Shown: in pieces, positions 24,282-38,279 of the stretch
Numbering within the stretch: the first letter of the stretch is position 1
Layout of the letters: every line of letters begins with the position of its first letter
NCBI GenBank assembly: GCA_047967505.1
Contig: CM106538.1
Direction: 5' to 3' (one strand)
Source of the DNA: Dipteris shenzhenensis
Lineage: Eukaryota
Length of the DNA stretch: 64,000 nucleotides
The notes under the pieces: generated by a model
What the model saw: only the letters and a program-made list of their open reading frames with translations
What the model was told of the DNA's origin: nothing
The model's database searches: none
Translations under genes and position numbers: made by a program

Positions 24282-27200
24282 TGTGAAGATTGTGGGAGAG
24301 AGGGAAGGAGTCTCACTTGCGGCTTTCTCACATGAACAATTGGGGGTATACACACAAAGGTGGAGGCTGAAAACAGTTTTCCTCTTCTTAGTTATGAAAG
24401 CCAAAAGAACTCTAGTACAAAGAAATAGAAGAACCCTATATGTGGGTCTCAAACCAAACTCAACTAACTAAGGTGGCATACTAATTGAGCCACGAACTAG
24501 TGTAGATAAGGATAGCTATCATCCAGCTATTATTCGTGGGTGGTGTACCAACCGCATCTCCAGCTAACAAGTCAGTGACATAAATGCACAACAGTCACCC
24601 TGGCATATCGCGAGTGGAGCTCAATATCTCAACACTCCCCCTCGAGCTCAATCCCAATTCCTGCAACCAAGCAGGTCTCTGAACTTGCGCAGCTTCTCTA
24701 CGCCCAATGCTTTTGTGAATATGTCAGCTACCTGATCCTCTGTGCTGACATAAACTAGATCAATAAGACCTAGTAAAACCTTCTCCCGCACATAGTGATA
24801 ATGCACCTCAATGTGCTTTGTTTTGGCATGAAAGACTGGGTTCTTTGCCAAATGTATACTACTCATGTTGTCATAATAAATGACAACCGGCCCACTGATG
24901 CATATCATAAAGTAGCTTATGCAACCAAGCTACCTCACATGCAGCCATTGCTGCACCTCTGTACTCAGCCTCTGTGCTTGACAAGGCAACTGTAGGCTGT
25001 TTCTTGCTGCTCCAAGTGACTGCAGCACTCCCAAAAGAGAACACATATCCACTGGTAGATCGCCTATCAGAAATACTACCAGCCCAATCAACATCAGTGT
25101 ATCCATGCAACTGTATCTGAACCCTAGCCTCATAAAATAGTCCATACTGCAATGTGGACTTCACATACCTGAGTATGTGTCTAGCCGCATCCAAATGCGG
25201 TTTCCTTAGAGCCTGCATAAACTGACTTACCAACCCAACAGCATAGATCAAATCTGGCCTGGTAATAGTCATGTAAATCAAACTTCCTACTATGCGTCTG
25301 TACATAGTAGGGTCTTCCAGAAGCTCACCTCTGCATCTGCGCTCAGCTTCACATTCTGCTCCAAAGGAACTGAAATAGGCTTACAGCCTGTCATCCCATA
25401 TTTGGACAGCATGTCCAGTCCATACTGCCTCTGCAAGAGCTGTATCCCACTTGGTGATCTAATCACCTCAATGCCCAAGAAATAACGCAGCTCTCCCAAA
25501 TCCTTCATCTCAAACTTCTGCCTCAATAGCATTTTCACATGAAGGATATCTTCATCACTATCACCTGGGATGATCAAATCATCAACATAAATGACCAGCA
25601 GCATAATCCCTTTCTCTGTTTTTCTCACATAGAGTGAGAAATCTGCCTTGGAAATCTGAAAGCCAATAGTGACAAGATACTGTCCTATCTTGTCAGACCA
25701 TGCTCTAGGTGCTTGCTTCAAGCCATACAAGGCTTTCTTCAACCTGCAAACAAACTCAGGATGAGTAGCATGAACATAACCTGCTGGCTGCTCCATAAAG
25801 ACCTCTTCTTGCAAATCACCATGCAAGAAGGCATTCTTTACATCCATCTGATGTAAAGACCATCCCCTTGATGCAGCCATAGCAATGGCTGCTCTTACGG
25901 TTGCCATCCTTGCAATCGGGCTGAAAGTTTCTTCATAATCAATGCCATATGTCTGTGCATACCCCTTGACAACTAATCTTGCCTTGTATCTATTCACAGA
26001 ACCATCTGCATTGTGCTTGATCTTATAAACCCACTTACAGCCAATTGCATTCTTGTCTTTAGGCAAAGGCACCAATTCCCATGTAGCATTTGCATGTAGC
26101 ATTTGCATCCAAGGCATCCATTTCTTCATCCATGGCTTTCTCCCATTTTTCATTTCCCATGGCTTGCTCAAAAGAAATGGATTCTGGTTCCTGTATCACT
26201 TTGACCATATAGGCATAGTTAATGGCTGTAAATCCATCATATTTCAGCCTATCCACAGGATACCTGACCCTGGTAGACTTGCGCAAAGTAGGCTCACTTC
26301 CAGGTGCTCTCAAAACATCCCTGGTCTTCCTTACTCCAGGCGTAACAACAGAAGGAATACCCAACTCATCATCAATGCTCTGTTCTGAGCCACTGGATTC
26401 ACCATCCACACAAGAGTGACCTGCATTCACATCAAACATGGGCTGATCTACCTTCTCTTTTCCTTTTTGTGATACCTACGTACCACTCTCTGCATTGCTT
26501 TGAGGGGATTCTCCTGATCTCAATCTGCCTGTCCATGGTGAAGTATGTGAACCACTGGTAGAGGACACTCTAGGTCCACTGATATTTTGTGATTGCTGCT
26601 GTGCATTCTGTGCAGCATTACCATTTTGTGCATCTACATCAATCATCAAATTTACTGGTTTATACCAGCTGCTCATCTCATCAAAAACAACATCTCTGCT
26701 CACTGTGAACTTACGTGTAGAAGGGTTATAGCATCTATACCCTTTTTGCTGCAAAGAATAACTAATAAAGATGCACTTCTCAGCCTTTGGATCCAACTTG
26801 GACCTCAACTCATCAAGCACATGGACATAGGCAATGCAACCAAAAATCTTCAGATGAGAAATATCTGGTTTCCTACCAGTATACATCTCCTCTGGTGTCA
26901 TGCCATGTATTGCTGTAGTGGGAGTCCTGTTCATTATATAGACTGTTGTAGCAACTGCTTCAGTCCAATAATAAAGTCCAATAATAATCTGGTAGATCTT
27001 TTTCATTTAGCATAGCCCGAGATACCTCTCCAGTATGCCTGTTTTTTCTTTCTACAATTCCATTTTGCTGTGGGGTATGGCTGCATGAATATTGCTGCTT
27101 TATACCATGCTCCTGCAAGAACCTTGCAAACTTATTTGAGAGGTACTCTCCCCCTCCATCTGACCCTAGGCATTTTATTTGCAGGCCTGTTTCTTTTTCA

Positions 27201-29811
27201 ACCATAGCTTTGAAAGCTTTGAAGTGCCCAAACACTTCACTTTTCTTTTTCATAAAATACACCCACAGTTTTCTGCTGAAGTCATCAATAAATGTGACAA
27301 AATAGTGACAGCCTCCAATAGATGTAGCTTTTGTAGTCCACACATCAGAGTGGATTAATTCCAATGGCTTTTTACTCTCTTGAACATGCCTAGGAAAAGG
27401 TTTCCTTACCTGTTTCCCAAATTGACAGGCTTCACAAACCTTGTGCATTTCTGCAACCTTGAATTTAGGCAATCCTGCAATAATATTTTGGGCTTGCATT
27501 GATTTAAGTCGCTGTATATTAACATGACCAATGCGTTTGTGCCAGATATCAATATCTGCAACTACACCGGTCCCATGTGCAAACATTGCTGCACTCAATT
27601 CAGGCATGTCCGCATCCAACGTAAACATCCTGTCCTTCTTCTTTCCTTTTGCTATCAAGCGACCATTATTTTTCATATCCTCCACAAAGCATCCATGAGG
27701 ATTAAATCTGACCTGCAAGCCCTGCTCAACCATCTGACCAACAAAAACCAGGTTCTTGGTGATGTTTGGGACATGAAATACATCAGACAAGTATTTCTTT
27801 TTCCCATTCTGCATAGACAAAGGAATTTTGCCAATCTGCACAATAGGATGTGCAGTATCATCACCAGTCTCCACAAATCCTGGTTTTTCCATTTTCCTTG
27901 CATCTTGCATCCATTCTGCATGACCTGTCATGTGGTTTGACGCACCTGAGTCAACATACCACACATCATTTTGTTCTTCTGCACTTGTCACAGAATTGGT
28001 CATATGCTGCACCATAAATAGATGCTCATTTCTGTCATCACCCTGCCTACTAGAAGATGCATAATTGCCTTGCTGCAATTTTCCAGTCATAATGTCATTC
28101 TGATTTTTATAGCAATCCTTAGCCATATGACCCATTTTGCCACAATAGTAGCATTCAACATTGCTGTTTGCATTTTGGCCTCTCTGCCATCCACCACGGC
28201 CTCTTTGGCTCCCCCTGCCTCTAGAGTTACCACGTCCTCCTGCATAGGACTGGTTTTCTTGCGTTTGTTACATATTCTGATTTCTACCACGGCGGCCTCC
28301 TCTACCTGTACCTCTACCTTTGCTAGCATTTGAGTAGAAGACAGTTTCTTTTGAAGTTCTTGCTGAAGAAGATGCACCCCCATTTCTCTGCTCTTCAGAA
28401 ATTAGAAGAGCAATCAACTCCTCAAAATCTGGAAATTTTTCACGGACGGCAATGGATTTCCGGAATTGTGCATAATTCTTTCCTAGACCATTCAAGGTCA
28501 CAGAAACCAAATCGTCATCATCCACTGGCGACCCAATGGAAGCAAGTGCATCTGCAATTTTCTTCACTTTCATGTGGTAGTCATTTATGCTCAAATTTTC
28601 TCTCTGCACATTGTGCAACTCCTGTTTGAGTTGCATTTTCCTGGCTTGCGTATTTGTGCATTTTTGCCAAAGTATCCCATGCCTCCTTTGGCGTATTTGC
28701 ATCTTGAATATGCACAATCATGGAGTCCGAAATACTGATAGTAGACAACTAGTACATAACTTTCCTGGCTCTCTCATGCCATCCTTTGAATGCCTGCATT
28801 TCCTGTTGACTGGGAACATTAGGAAGAACAGGTTCTTCTTCATTTCCTGTAATGAACTCCCAATAGCCTTTTCCCATCAAGAAATTTGTCATTCTAAACT
28901 TCCATGCCTGGAAGTTGTTCTTGTCAAGCTTTTCAGTGACAATCTGTGAAAGAGAATCAGATGCCATTACAGAACACTGCAAAATATTCTGTCACTGCAA
29001 AAAACACAGCTTTTGCCTCACACGGGTAGAACTGCAAAACTGACGAAAGTGGTATTTCACCACACAGTCACTTCCTAGTGACGATTTTGCATCAACAGGC
29101 AACAACCATGAATCTGCAACTCCCAATATCTCTGCACAAAGGCATACGATGCAATTTCTGCGGCAACTTTTCACTGACCCGTAGAACAGTGGTCGCATAG
29201 CAAAAACAGGGCCTTTTTTTGAGTGCCTGCAGAGAACTTTCGTCTCCAAAACGGGCCCCGAAATGACCTCGAATCAGAAAAATAACTGCGAAGGGTGTCT
29301 CAATCTGAAACAGTGCACTCTTGCACTTCTGGCTGTGCTACCTGCAGAGATTTGCTCCCAAACTTGAAATAGGAAAGCAACACTGGTCCTCTTACCAGGA
29401 CACCACGAACTTGGCTTGCTTTCTTGAGCTCCTTACCACGAACAAGGCTCTAATACCATGTGAAGATTGTGGGAGAGAGGGAAGGAGTCTCACTTGCGGC
29501 TTTCTCACATGAACAATTGGGGGAATACACACAAAGGTGGAGGCTGAAAACAATTTTCCTCTTCTTAGTTATGAAAGCCAAAAGAACTCTAGTACAAAGA
29601 AATAGAAGAACCCTATATGTGGGTCTCAAACCAAACTCAACTAACTAAGGTGGCATACTAATTGAGCCACGAACTAGTGTAGATAAGGATAGCTGTCATC
29701 CAGCTATTATTCGTGGGCGGTGTACCAACCGCATCTCCAGCTAACAAGTCAGTGACATAAATGCACAACAGTCACCCTGGCATATCGCGAGTGGAGCTCG
29801 ATATCTCAACA
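24282..29811 (-). mobile_element. Ty1/copia family A copy 2 (full length, young, frameshifted)
   Basis: 353-bp LTRs at 24282-24634 and 29459-29811 (~5 differences). Perfect TSD atccc. PBS at 29447-29458 and PPT present. Gag, CCHC knuckle, protease (WYVDSGAS), GAG-pre-integrase, integrase, RT (IYVDDL) and RNase H are all present. Confidence 0.97.
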
Positions 29812-30044
29812 ATCCCTCCCCTTGATGGTAGTCTTTTTCTGGCATCGTTTCCAAGCCACCATTGTATTAGACTCATAAACTTGCTTGTCCATTTCATTGT
29901 ACTTGGTGTCGATGAAACAAAGCTTTCCTTCTTATTGTCTCTGTGCCAACATGGACTTAGGTAGTATAGAATGTGTGTGTAGAGTAGCAGCAAAGCTCTG
30001 CTTGTACTTCCATAAGGCTAGAAATAATCCCTCTCAGAAATCCA

Positions 30045-30330
30045 ACTTGCATGTTCTACATATGATTCCGACATGCAACTTCTACATACGATTCCTACAT
30101 GCAACTCCTACATGTGAGTCCTACATACAACTCCTACATGTGAGTTCTACATGCAACTCCTACATGCGAGTTCTACTTGCAACTTCTACTTCCAACTCCT
30201 ACATGCAAGTTCTACATATTATTCCTACATGCAACTCCTACATGCGACTTCTACATGCGACTCCTATATGTGAGTTCTACTTGCAACATGCAACTTCTAC
30301 ATGCAATTTCTATATGCAAGTTCTACATGC
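30045..30330. repeat. 13-bp minisatellite (t(c/t)ctacatgcaac / ttctacatgcgag), ~20 copies
   Basis: Directly visible; accounts for the repetitive ORF 29885-30400. Confidence 0.9.
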
Positions 30331-30452
30331 AGAGAGAGAATGTCTTATAATTCCTACATATAGAGAGAGAAGCTATCCAATGTGTATAAATACCCCATAA
30401 TGGAATGAAGCCCACACTCTTTGGGGAATTGTGTTGAGTTCTACTTTGGTAT

Positions 30453-33400
30453 TGTTACCTAGAAAAGAAATCAGGACAGGAGGCTAGACACTAAGCATGG
30501 CGATGCTCAAGGGCCATAGAGGAAAGAAGAACATGAGGGCAAAACATTATCATGGGAGGGGAAAAGGGATTAGAAGGGGAGGGAATGAAGAGGGGGACTA
30601 TGGCACAAGGGGAAAGGGAGAGGGGAAAGAGAAGCATGTACATGATGGGAGGAGGAATGTAAAGATGGAGACATCAAGGGAAGAGGGCCATACTTTATTT
30701 GAAAGGAAGGGAAGGGGGAAATCAAAGTACTAGCTAGGTGGCTTTACAAAAATGAGCGTGTTCCATCAAGGAATAGCCGCCTCCTTTTATAGCCAAGAGA
30801 GGGGGTCTCTCCCAATAAATGCATCCTCCCACATGCATGGTGTGTGTGGAAAAGTCTCCCATGTGGGCTAGGTGGTTACGCACTCTTAATTGTGTGCGAC
30901 AACCCTTTGCCTCATTTTTCCACATAAATCAAGCCCCATATCTCAAGTCTATGATACTCCCTTGGTCTCTTCCCAATTTTATAATACGTTCAAACATCTA
31001 GGAGGACAAGTGGAGGGTTGGCACAAGGAATCTTGCCACCTCATCCTATTTTCCCCATTATTTAACTTGCATCCTTGGACTATCTATACCCCCCCCATAT
31101 GGGCCTATCCTACATGGAGGGAGTAATCCAATATAATATCCATCTCCACCTATTTTATATTACTTCTCTCATGGACTTTAGGCTATATCTCACTAAATGC
31201 AAGCGTGGGACCGCCTAGGTGGAGGGGTGGCATATGGAGGAACCATGCCACCTTACATTTTATAATATTACTACCATGTATTATGTACAACACACCTTAT
31301 GGGTCCTCTTACGTGGAAGGGTGGCACATGGTCATGCCCTGCCACCTCAACCCTGGGCCCTATGGACACCATATTTTATTATACTATTGCCACACATACA
31401 TACACACATATTTATGCCTTTTTCCTTGGACAAATTTATCCATAACAGTTCTCCCCCCTAGGCAGGGAATGCACAGTATTTCCATGCCTGGGTCCATCAC
31501 GCACAAAGAAGGGCTTGAGGTAACGCTTGTTGATCACCTTCTTGCCATATGGCTCATGCAGCTCCCAAACTTGTACAGACCCATTGCTATGTTCCTTGAT
31601 GACTTTGTATGGACCGGTCCACAATGGAAGGAACTTCTTATCCATTTGGTGGTCCAAAATCTATGATCAAAGCATAGCACAACATCCCCCTCAGCAAAGT
31701 GTCTTTCCCATCCCTTGTGAATCTTAGCATCCAAGCAGGCCTTTTGTCGATTCTTTTGAATCTCTGTTTGATGTAGGGCAAGGCATCAGGTTTCATCTAG
31801 CTTCTCAAGTTGCACCAACCGGGCCTCTACATGTTCATCTTCTGTCATCCTTTGTTCTTGTGCCAATCTCAAAGCCGGAATCTCTATCTCTAGTGGTAAA
31901 ACGGCCTCAGTACCATACACCAACTCAAAAGAAGTGTGACCTGTAGACATTTTATGACTGATGTTGTAAGCCCATATGGCTTCCGTGACCTTTTGATCTG
32001 GCTCCTATTCCTTGTACCCATTTTTCCCATGGTTTTACAAAGGAGGCCATTAGTCCACTCCATTTGACCCCCCATGGATGCTGGATAATAGATGCTAGAA
32101 GTGCGATGATCAATATCCATGTGATCCATGAGTAACTCCATTGCTTCATTTAAGAATGGACTCCCATTGTCAGATACTATTTCCATGGGTGTCCCAAACC
32201 TTGTGTAGATACATTCAAATATGAAATGTGAAATTGCCTTACCATTTGCCGCGGGGAGGGCAATAGCTTCAGCCCACTTAGTGACATACTGAGTGGCTAC
32301 CAAAAGATACTTCTTTGTGCGGGCAATCATGGGTAGGGGCCCAACAAAATCTATTCCCCACTTTTGAAACGGATGGATGGACATCACTGGGTGATGTTGC
32401 CCAGGACGCAAATCCTTCCTACCAAAGAATTCGCATGGTTCACAAGTTTTGCAATGCATAGTGACATCCTTGAACAAGGTCGGCCAATAGTACCTAGCAT
32501 GTAAAATCTTCTTAGCTGTATAGTCACTGGCATAGTGGCCTCCACAAAATCCATCATGATAATGCTTCAATACCTTAGGTACTCCATCTGAATCAATGGC
32601 CCGTCTTAGTACCCCATCCATGCCTTGATGGTACAACACCCCATCAAAGAGAGTGTAGTGCCTACTATCTCTGTGGATCTTCTTTCTCTCATAGCTAGTA
32701 CTTTCTGGAGGAAAGGAGGAAGCAGTCAAAAACCTATAGATACCACCATACCATGGATCCCCAACTTCTATGGCCACTACAAGGGTTACATCAAGGCACT
32801 CCTCTAAATCAATCAAAGCATTCTTCAAGTTGGAACAACCCCCTTTTACAATTTTGAAAAAAAAATCATATTCTTGTAGAACTACCAACCATTTGGCCAA
32901 CCGGCCCATGGGATTTGGTGATTGAAGAACCTGCTTTGCAAGACCAGTGCTAATGAGTATAACAAAGGACTTTCCAACCACATAATGCTTAAATTTCTCA
33001 ATGCAGAACACCAACGACAAGGCATGCTTGTTAGCCTTTGAGTAGCATCATTCGGTATCGAGCAATTGTCGAGAAGCAAATCGAACAGGATACATAAACT
33101 GACCCTCCCCTTGCTGGAGAAGAATACCTGCTAGAGTGTGCTCACCAAACCCAGGATTGATATAGAAAAAGGTTGCAATGCATGCTTTCCAATGCAAGTA
33201 TTTTTGGTGGTTTTTGGGCTAAGGCAATGAAGACTGCAGTGCATGTGATCAATAGATCACCTAGTAAGAGTTTGGATGGTGGTATTCCTGAAGAGGCATG
33301 GAGTGGCAAGAAGCCCTCTTACTCTCATTTGCATATATTTAGGTGTGAGGCATATACACATGTGCCAAAAGAGCTTCGAAAGAAGCTAGATCCTAAGTAG

Positions 33401-36400
33401 GAAATGCATCTTTTTGGGTTATGGTGAAAGTGGAGAGATGGGCTATCATCTCTGGGATCCAAAAGCAAAGAAGATCATATACAGCCATGATGTAGTCTTC
33501 AATGAGAAGAAGATGCATAAGGCCCCCCATGAGGGATTTGGAAATGAGGAGAATCACTTTCTAGGATGTGAATCCACCTGCATATGTTGATAGACAGCAA
33601 GCTATCCATGCACCAAATGTGCAAGAAATGGTACCACCAAGTACTCCCACAAGTATACAATCAAGGGTAGATGATGGATCATCTATTGGTGGAAATGATG
33701 AGCCAAATATGGCTGATATGAAGGTGGGATATGAAGCTAAAATGCCTTTAAGAAGATCATCTAGAGTGTCTAGACCGCCTGATAGGTTTGTTCTAAAGGT
33801 AGACTATGTGATGCTTACTGATTGCAGGGAGCCTTCTTGATACAGAGAGGCTATGATGCGCAAGGATCAACGCAAGTGGGAGTATGCTATGCAATCAAAA
33901 ATGAGTTCACTTATGAAGAATAAGACTTGGGACTTGGTTTCTTTGTCACATGGAAAGAAAGCATTGCCATGTAAATGGGTTTACAAAATGAAGGTGACAT
34001 GTGATGATGTGCCTAGGTACAAGGCCTGTTTGATCGTCGCCAAAGGGTTCAAGCAAGAGAAAGGTGTGGACTTTGATGAGATATTCTCTCCGGTTGTGAA
34101 GATGACCACATTAGATGCATGCTTGGACTAGTGGCAGCTAAAGATATGGAGCTTATGCAGATGGATGTCAAGACAGCTTTCTTGCATGGGGATTTGCATG
34201 AGGAAATTTACATGGTGCAGCCGGAAGGCTTTGAAGACAAGGGCAAAGAGCATTTAGTTTGCAAGCTAAAGAAGAGTCTCTATGGTCTTAAGCAAGGGCC
34301 TAGAGAATGGTATCAGAAGTTTGATGCTTTCATTCGGTCCCAGGGTTTTAGGAGTGAAATTGATCACTACCTCTACACTAAAAGGACTAAGGATAATAGC
34401 CTGATAATCCTGGCACTATATTTGGATGATATGCTATTGGCTAGCAAGAATACTTATGAGCTAGATGCATTAAAGGCCAAGTTGCATGAGGCCTTTGATA
34501 TGAAGGATTTGGGACTTGTAAGTCATATTCTTGGTATGTGCATCACGCATGATCAGAGTAGGAAACTCCTTTGGCTTTCACAAAAGGAGTATGTCACAAA
34601 AGTATTGCAACATTTCAATATGGAGGGGGGGAAGGAAATGAGTACTCCATTGCCTCCATATGTGAAACTGAGTTATACAGATATTCCCAAATCAAATGAG
34701 GAGAGGGCCATGATGGCCAAGGTTCCTTATGCATCATCGGTTGGGAGTCTTATGTATGCTATGATAGCTACTAGACAAAAAATTGCATTTGCAGTGGGAG
34801 TTGTTAGCCGGTGTATGGCTAATCTAGGAAAGAGGCATTGGGAGGCAGTTAAGTGCATCATGAGGTGCATGAAGGGTACCAAGGAGATGTGCATCTGATT
34901 TGGTAGAGGAGACACGCATGTACTTGGGTACACAGATTCAGACTATGCAGGGCATGTGGATAGTAGGAGATCCACTTTTGGTTATGTGTTCACCTTTGCA
35001 GGTGGTGCAGTGTCATGGATGTCTTGCACACAGAGGTGCATTGCTTTGTCTACCACAGAGGCTGAGTATGTTGCAACCATAGAGGGTTGCAAGGAGGCTA
35101 TATGGCTTGATCGGCTAGTGGGAGATTTAGGGATTTATACAAGTGTACTGACATTGCATAGTGATTCCATGGGTGCTATTCAGCTAGCACGGAATCCGGT
35201 CTTTCATGCAAAGACCAAACACATTAAAGTCAGGTACCATTTCATCAAGGAGGTACTTGAGGACAAGCACATAGATCTTGTCAAGGTTCATACAGATGAT
35301 AACCCTGCAGATATGCTGACAAAGCGTCTACCTAGTCATTTGAGTATTGTCGTGTATTGATGGGCATTGGATAGTATGCTCACTAGTTGTTCTCCCTTAA
35401 AGACACATTGTCCTTTAAGTGGGAGGTTGTGGGGGTTAAAGGTCACTGTGCCTTTACCCCGGTTATGTACAATACTCAAACACATATATAAATGAATGAA
35501 AAAAGAAGATTAGGGTGTTTTGCACCCACCAAAACTTGTGTGGCTCTCTGTTTCTCTCTCTCCCTTTCCATTCTTGCTTCTGTTGAGAGCACTCTCATCG
35601 GGGTCAAGCTTGACACCCTTGAATGAGACAATATGTCCTGGTAACCTCCCTTGAGTGGCTCTAATGGTGCATTTCTCAGGGTTGAGATTGCCATTTGCAT
35701 CATTGACCCTTTGGAAGGCCAACCTAACCTTCATGATGTGCTCCTTACGTGATGAGAATATACAGAAATCATCTAAAAACACCTCCAAGAAATTCCCCAA
35801 ATAAGGAACAAACACCATTTGCATAAATCTTTGAAAGGTAACAAGAGCATTGGTGAGGCCAAATGGCATTACTTTGAATGCAAATGTCCCCCAGGGTGTG
35901 GCAAATATGGTTTTAAGCACATCCTCCTCAACAATTCTGATTTGATAAAACCTGGAGTAACCATCACAAAAAGTATACATCTCATGACCACTTACCTTCT
36001 TAAGAATGAGGTCTTGAAAGGGAAGAGGATGATGGTCCCTCTTGGTGGCTGCATTGAGTTTCTTATGGTCAATGCAAACCTGCCACTTGTTGTTTTTCTT
36101 TGGGGTGACTACCACTGGTGAAACCCATTCAATATTGTGAACCGGAACAATAAACCCATCTTCTACAAGTTTCTACAACTCTGAGCGCAAAGCATCAGTC
36201 TGTAGGGGGCCTAATCTCCAATACTTCTGAGCCACAGGCTTTGCATCAGGGCTTTAGCTCTATCTTGTGCTCTATGACAGCCACATGGCGAAGGTGGTCG
36301 TAGCTAGTAGCGAATAGGTCAGGGAAATATTTGAACATTTCTAGGAACTCGTCTTTCTCACTTGGAGTGAGGTATGGGGAAAGCATAGATTCAAGCTATT

Positions 36401-37357
36401 GAGGACTAGTTGTTACCTTTTCTGTAAGTGGTGGGGTCGGAGACATCCCCATCATGTAAAATTCCTCCTCTGAGGACTCCTTCCCCTCGTCTTATTCTTC
36501 CATTGATTCAAACACCGAGGATGAGAGAGTATCATTGTCTTGCTCATCTTCTTCTTCTGGTTCAATGGCACCTGGTTGCACCGGGATCTTCTCCTTAGAA
36601 GCGCCAAAAGACATGTGTCATGTCTTCCAATAGCTGAATGCATTACTCTTTCTCAACCATGGTTTCCCTAGTATGGCTGTGTAACTCCGTCTTGTATCTT
36701 CAATGTCCACTACATAGAAATTGACAGTGGTGGTCAACCCATTGATAGTGATGGGCAAATCCTCAATGACTCCCAAGGTGGCAAGTCATTGACCATCTGC
36801 TACCTGGATTCAAGTGGAGGAATGCCTTGTGCATTTCAAATTCAATTTCTTCATGATTTGGGGCACCATGATATTACATGCAGCTCCCCCATCAACACAC
36901 ACACTTTTGACACAGCAATTATCTATGATGACATCTACTGTATGTGGGTGCCGATCAATTTCTTCAGAGATAGAAGAGACCTCTTGTACCTTTCCCTTTT
37001 TCTTGCTCTTCCTTGTTGAGAGCCCTTGCTGTAGCTCGCGTCTCACCTTAGGGCTTAATGCTATTAGTTGAGGGAGCGTGATGCTCAAAGACCGATGAGC
37101 AAGGTCCTAAACGATCGAATAGTCCTCTTGCCCTGAGCTGATAGGAAAATTCAAGGGCCACCATTTACTCCTGCAAGATCTTTTAGTCTTCTCTGTTGGT
37201 GGGTCTACCATCTCAGCATTTGAGGGCTCTAAAAGGGACACCTTCTTCCTGGGGCAGCTCGGTCCACAGTTTGGAGAGGGGTCCGAGGTGGAATGACTTC
37301 TTTTCCCAAGGTCACAAGGATCTCTACATCATAATCCTCAGTGCTTGATTCACTTAA
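30453..37357 (-). mobile_element. Decayed Ty3/gypsy element (gag-end, protease, RT, RNase H, integrase, 3' LTR), interrupted by copia insertions
   Basis: Protease VCVDGGAACN. RT (VCIDHKKLN, DGYSRFYQI, MPFGLTNA, VFLDDF) at 35600-36115. RNase H and integrase (HHCC, WGIDFVGP, IVSDNG) at 31890-33170, GPY motif near 31600. PPT ggggggagaac; LTR 30453-31447 with tgtta...taaca ends. 5' part cut by copia A copy 3. Confidence 0.9.
33172..35597 (+). mobile_element. 5'-truncated Ty1/copia element, family B (Tnt1-like), nested in the gypsy
   Basis: Integrase C-terminus (INRSPSK...SYSHL), RT (QMDVKTAFLHGDL, LYLDDML), RNase H (ALSTTEAEY, FHAKTKHI). PPT aagtgggaggt; short LTR from 35428. Sequence is distinct from family A. 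Confidence 0.9.
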
Positions 37358-38279
37358 TGTTGAGATATCGAGCTCCACTCATGATATGCCAGGGTGACCA
37401 TTGTGCATTTATGTCACCAACTTGTTAGCTACAAATGCGGTTGGTACATCGCCCATGAATAATAGCTAGATGATAGCTATCTTTATGTACTCTAGTTCGT
37501 GGCTCAGTTAGTATGCCACCTTAGTTAGCTAAGTTTGGTTTGAGACCCACATATAGGGTTCTTCTATTTCTTTGTACTAGAGCTCTTTTGGCTTTCACAA
37601 CTAAGAAGAGGAAAACTATTTTCAGCCTCCACCTTTGTGTGTATTCCCCCATTGTGTATGTGAGAAAGCCGCAAGTGAGACTCCTTTCTTCTCTCCCACT
37701 ATCTTCACATGGTATCAGAGCCTAGTTCATGGTAAGGAGCTCAAGAAAGCAAACCAAGTTCACAGTATCCTAGTAAGAGGACCAGTGTTGCTTTCCTTTT
37801 TCAAGTTTGGGAGCAAATCTCTACAGGTAGCACAGCCAAAAAGTGCAAGAGTGCATTGTCTTAGATTGAGATGCCCTTCATGGTGTGGTGAGAGGGCCAT
37901 TTTGGGGCCCGTTTTGGTGGTGGAAGATTTCTGTAGGCACTGAGAAAAAGGCCCCTTTTTGCTATGAAACCACTGCTCTGCAAGTCGATGAAAAGTTGCT
38001 GCAAAAATTGCATCATATGCCTATGCACAGAGATATTGGGAGTTAAAAAATCATCCTTATTGCCTATTGATGCAAAATCATCACTAGGAAGTGACAGTGT
38101 GGCCAAATACCACTTTCGTCAGTTTTGCAGATTTGCCCTTGTGAGGAAAAAGCTGTGTTTTTTGCAGTGATAGAATATTTTGCAGTGTTTTGTAATGGTG
38201 TCTGATTCTCTTTCATAGATTGTCACTAAAAAGCTTGACAAGAATAACTTCCAAGCATGGAAGTTTAGAATGGCGAATT

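Noticed and set aside
29885-30400. 171-aa repetitive ORF
   Set aside because: Artefact of the 13-bp minisatellite, whose unit is not a multiple of 3.
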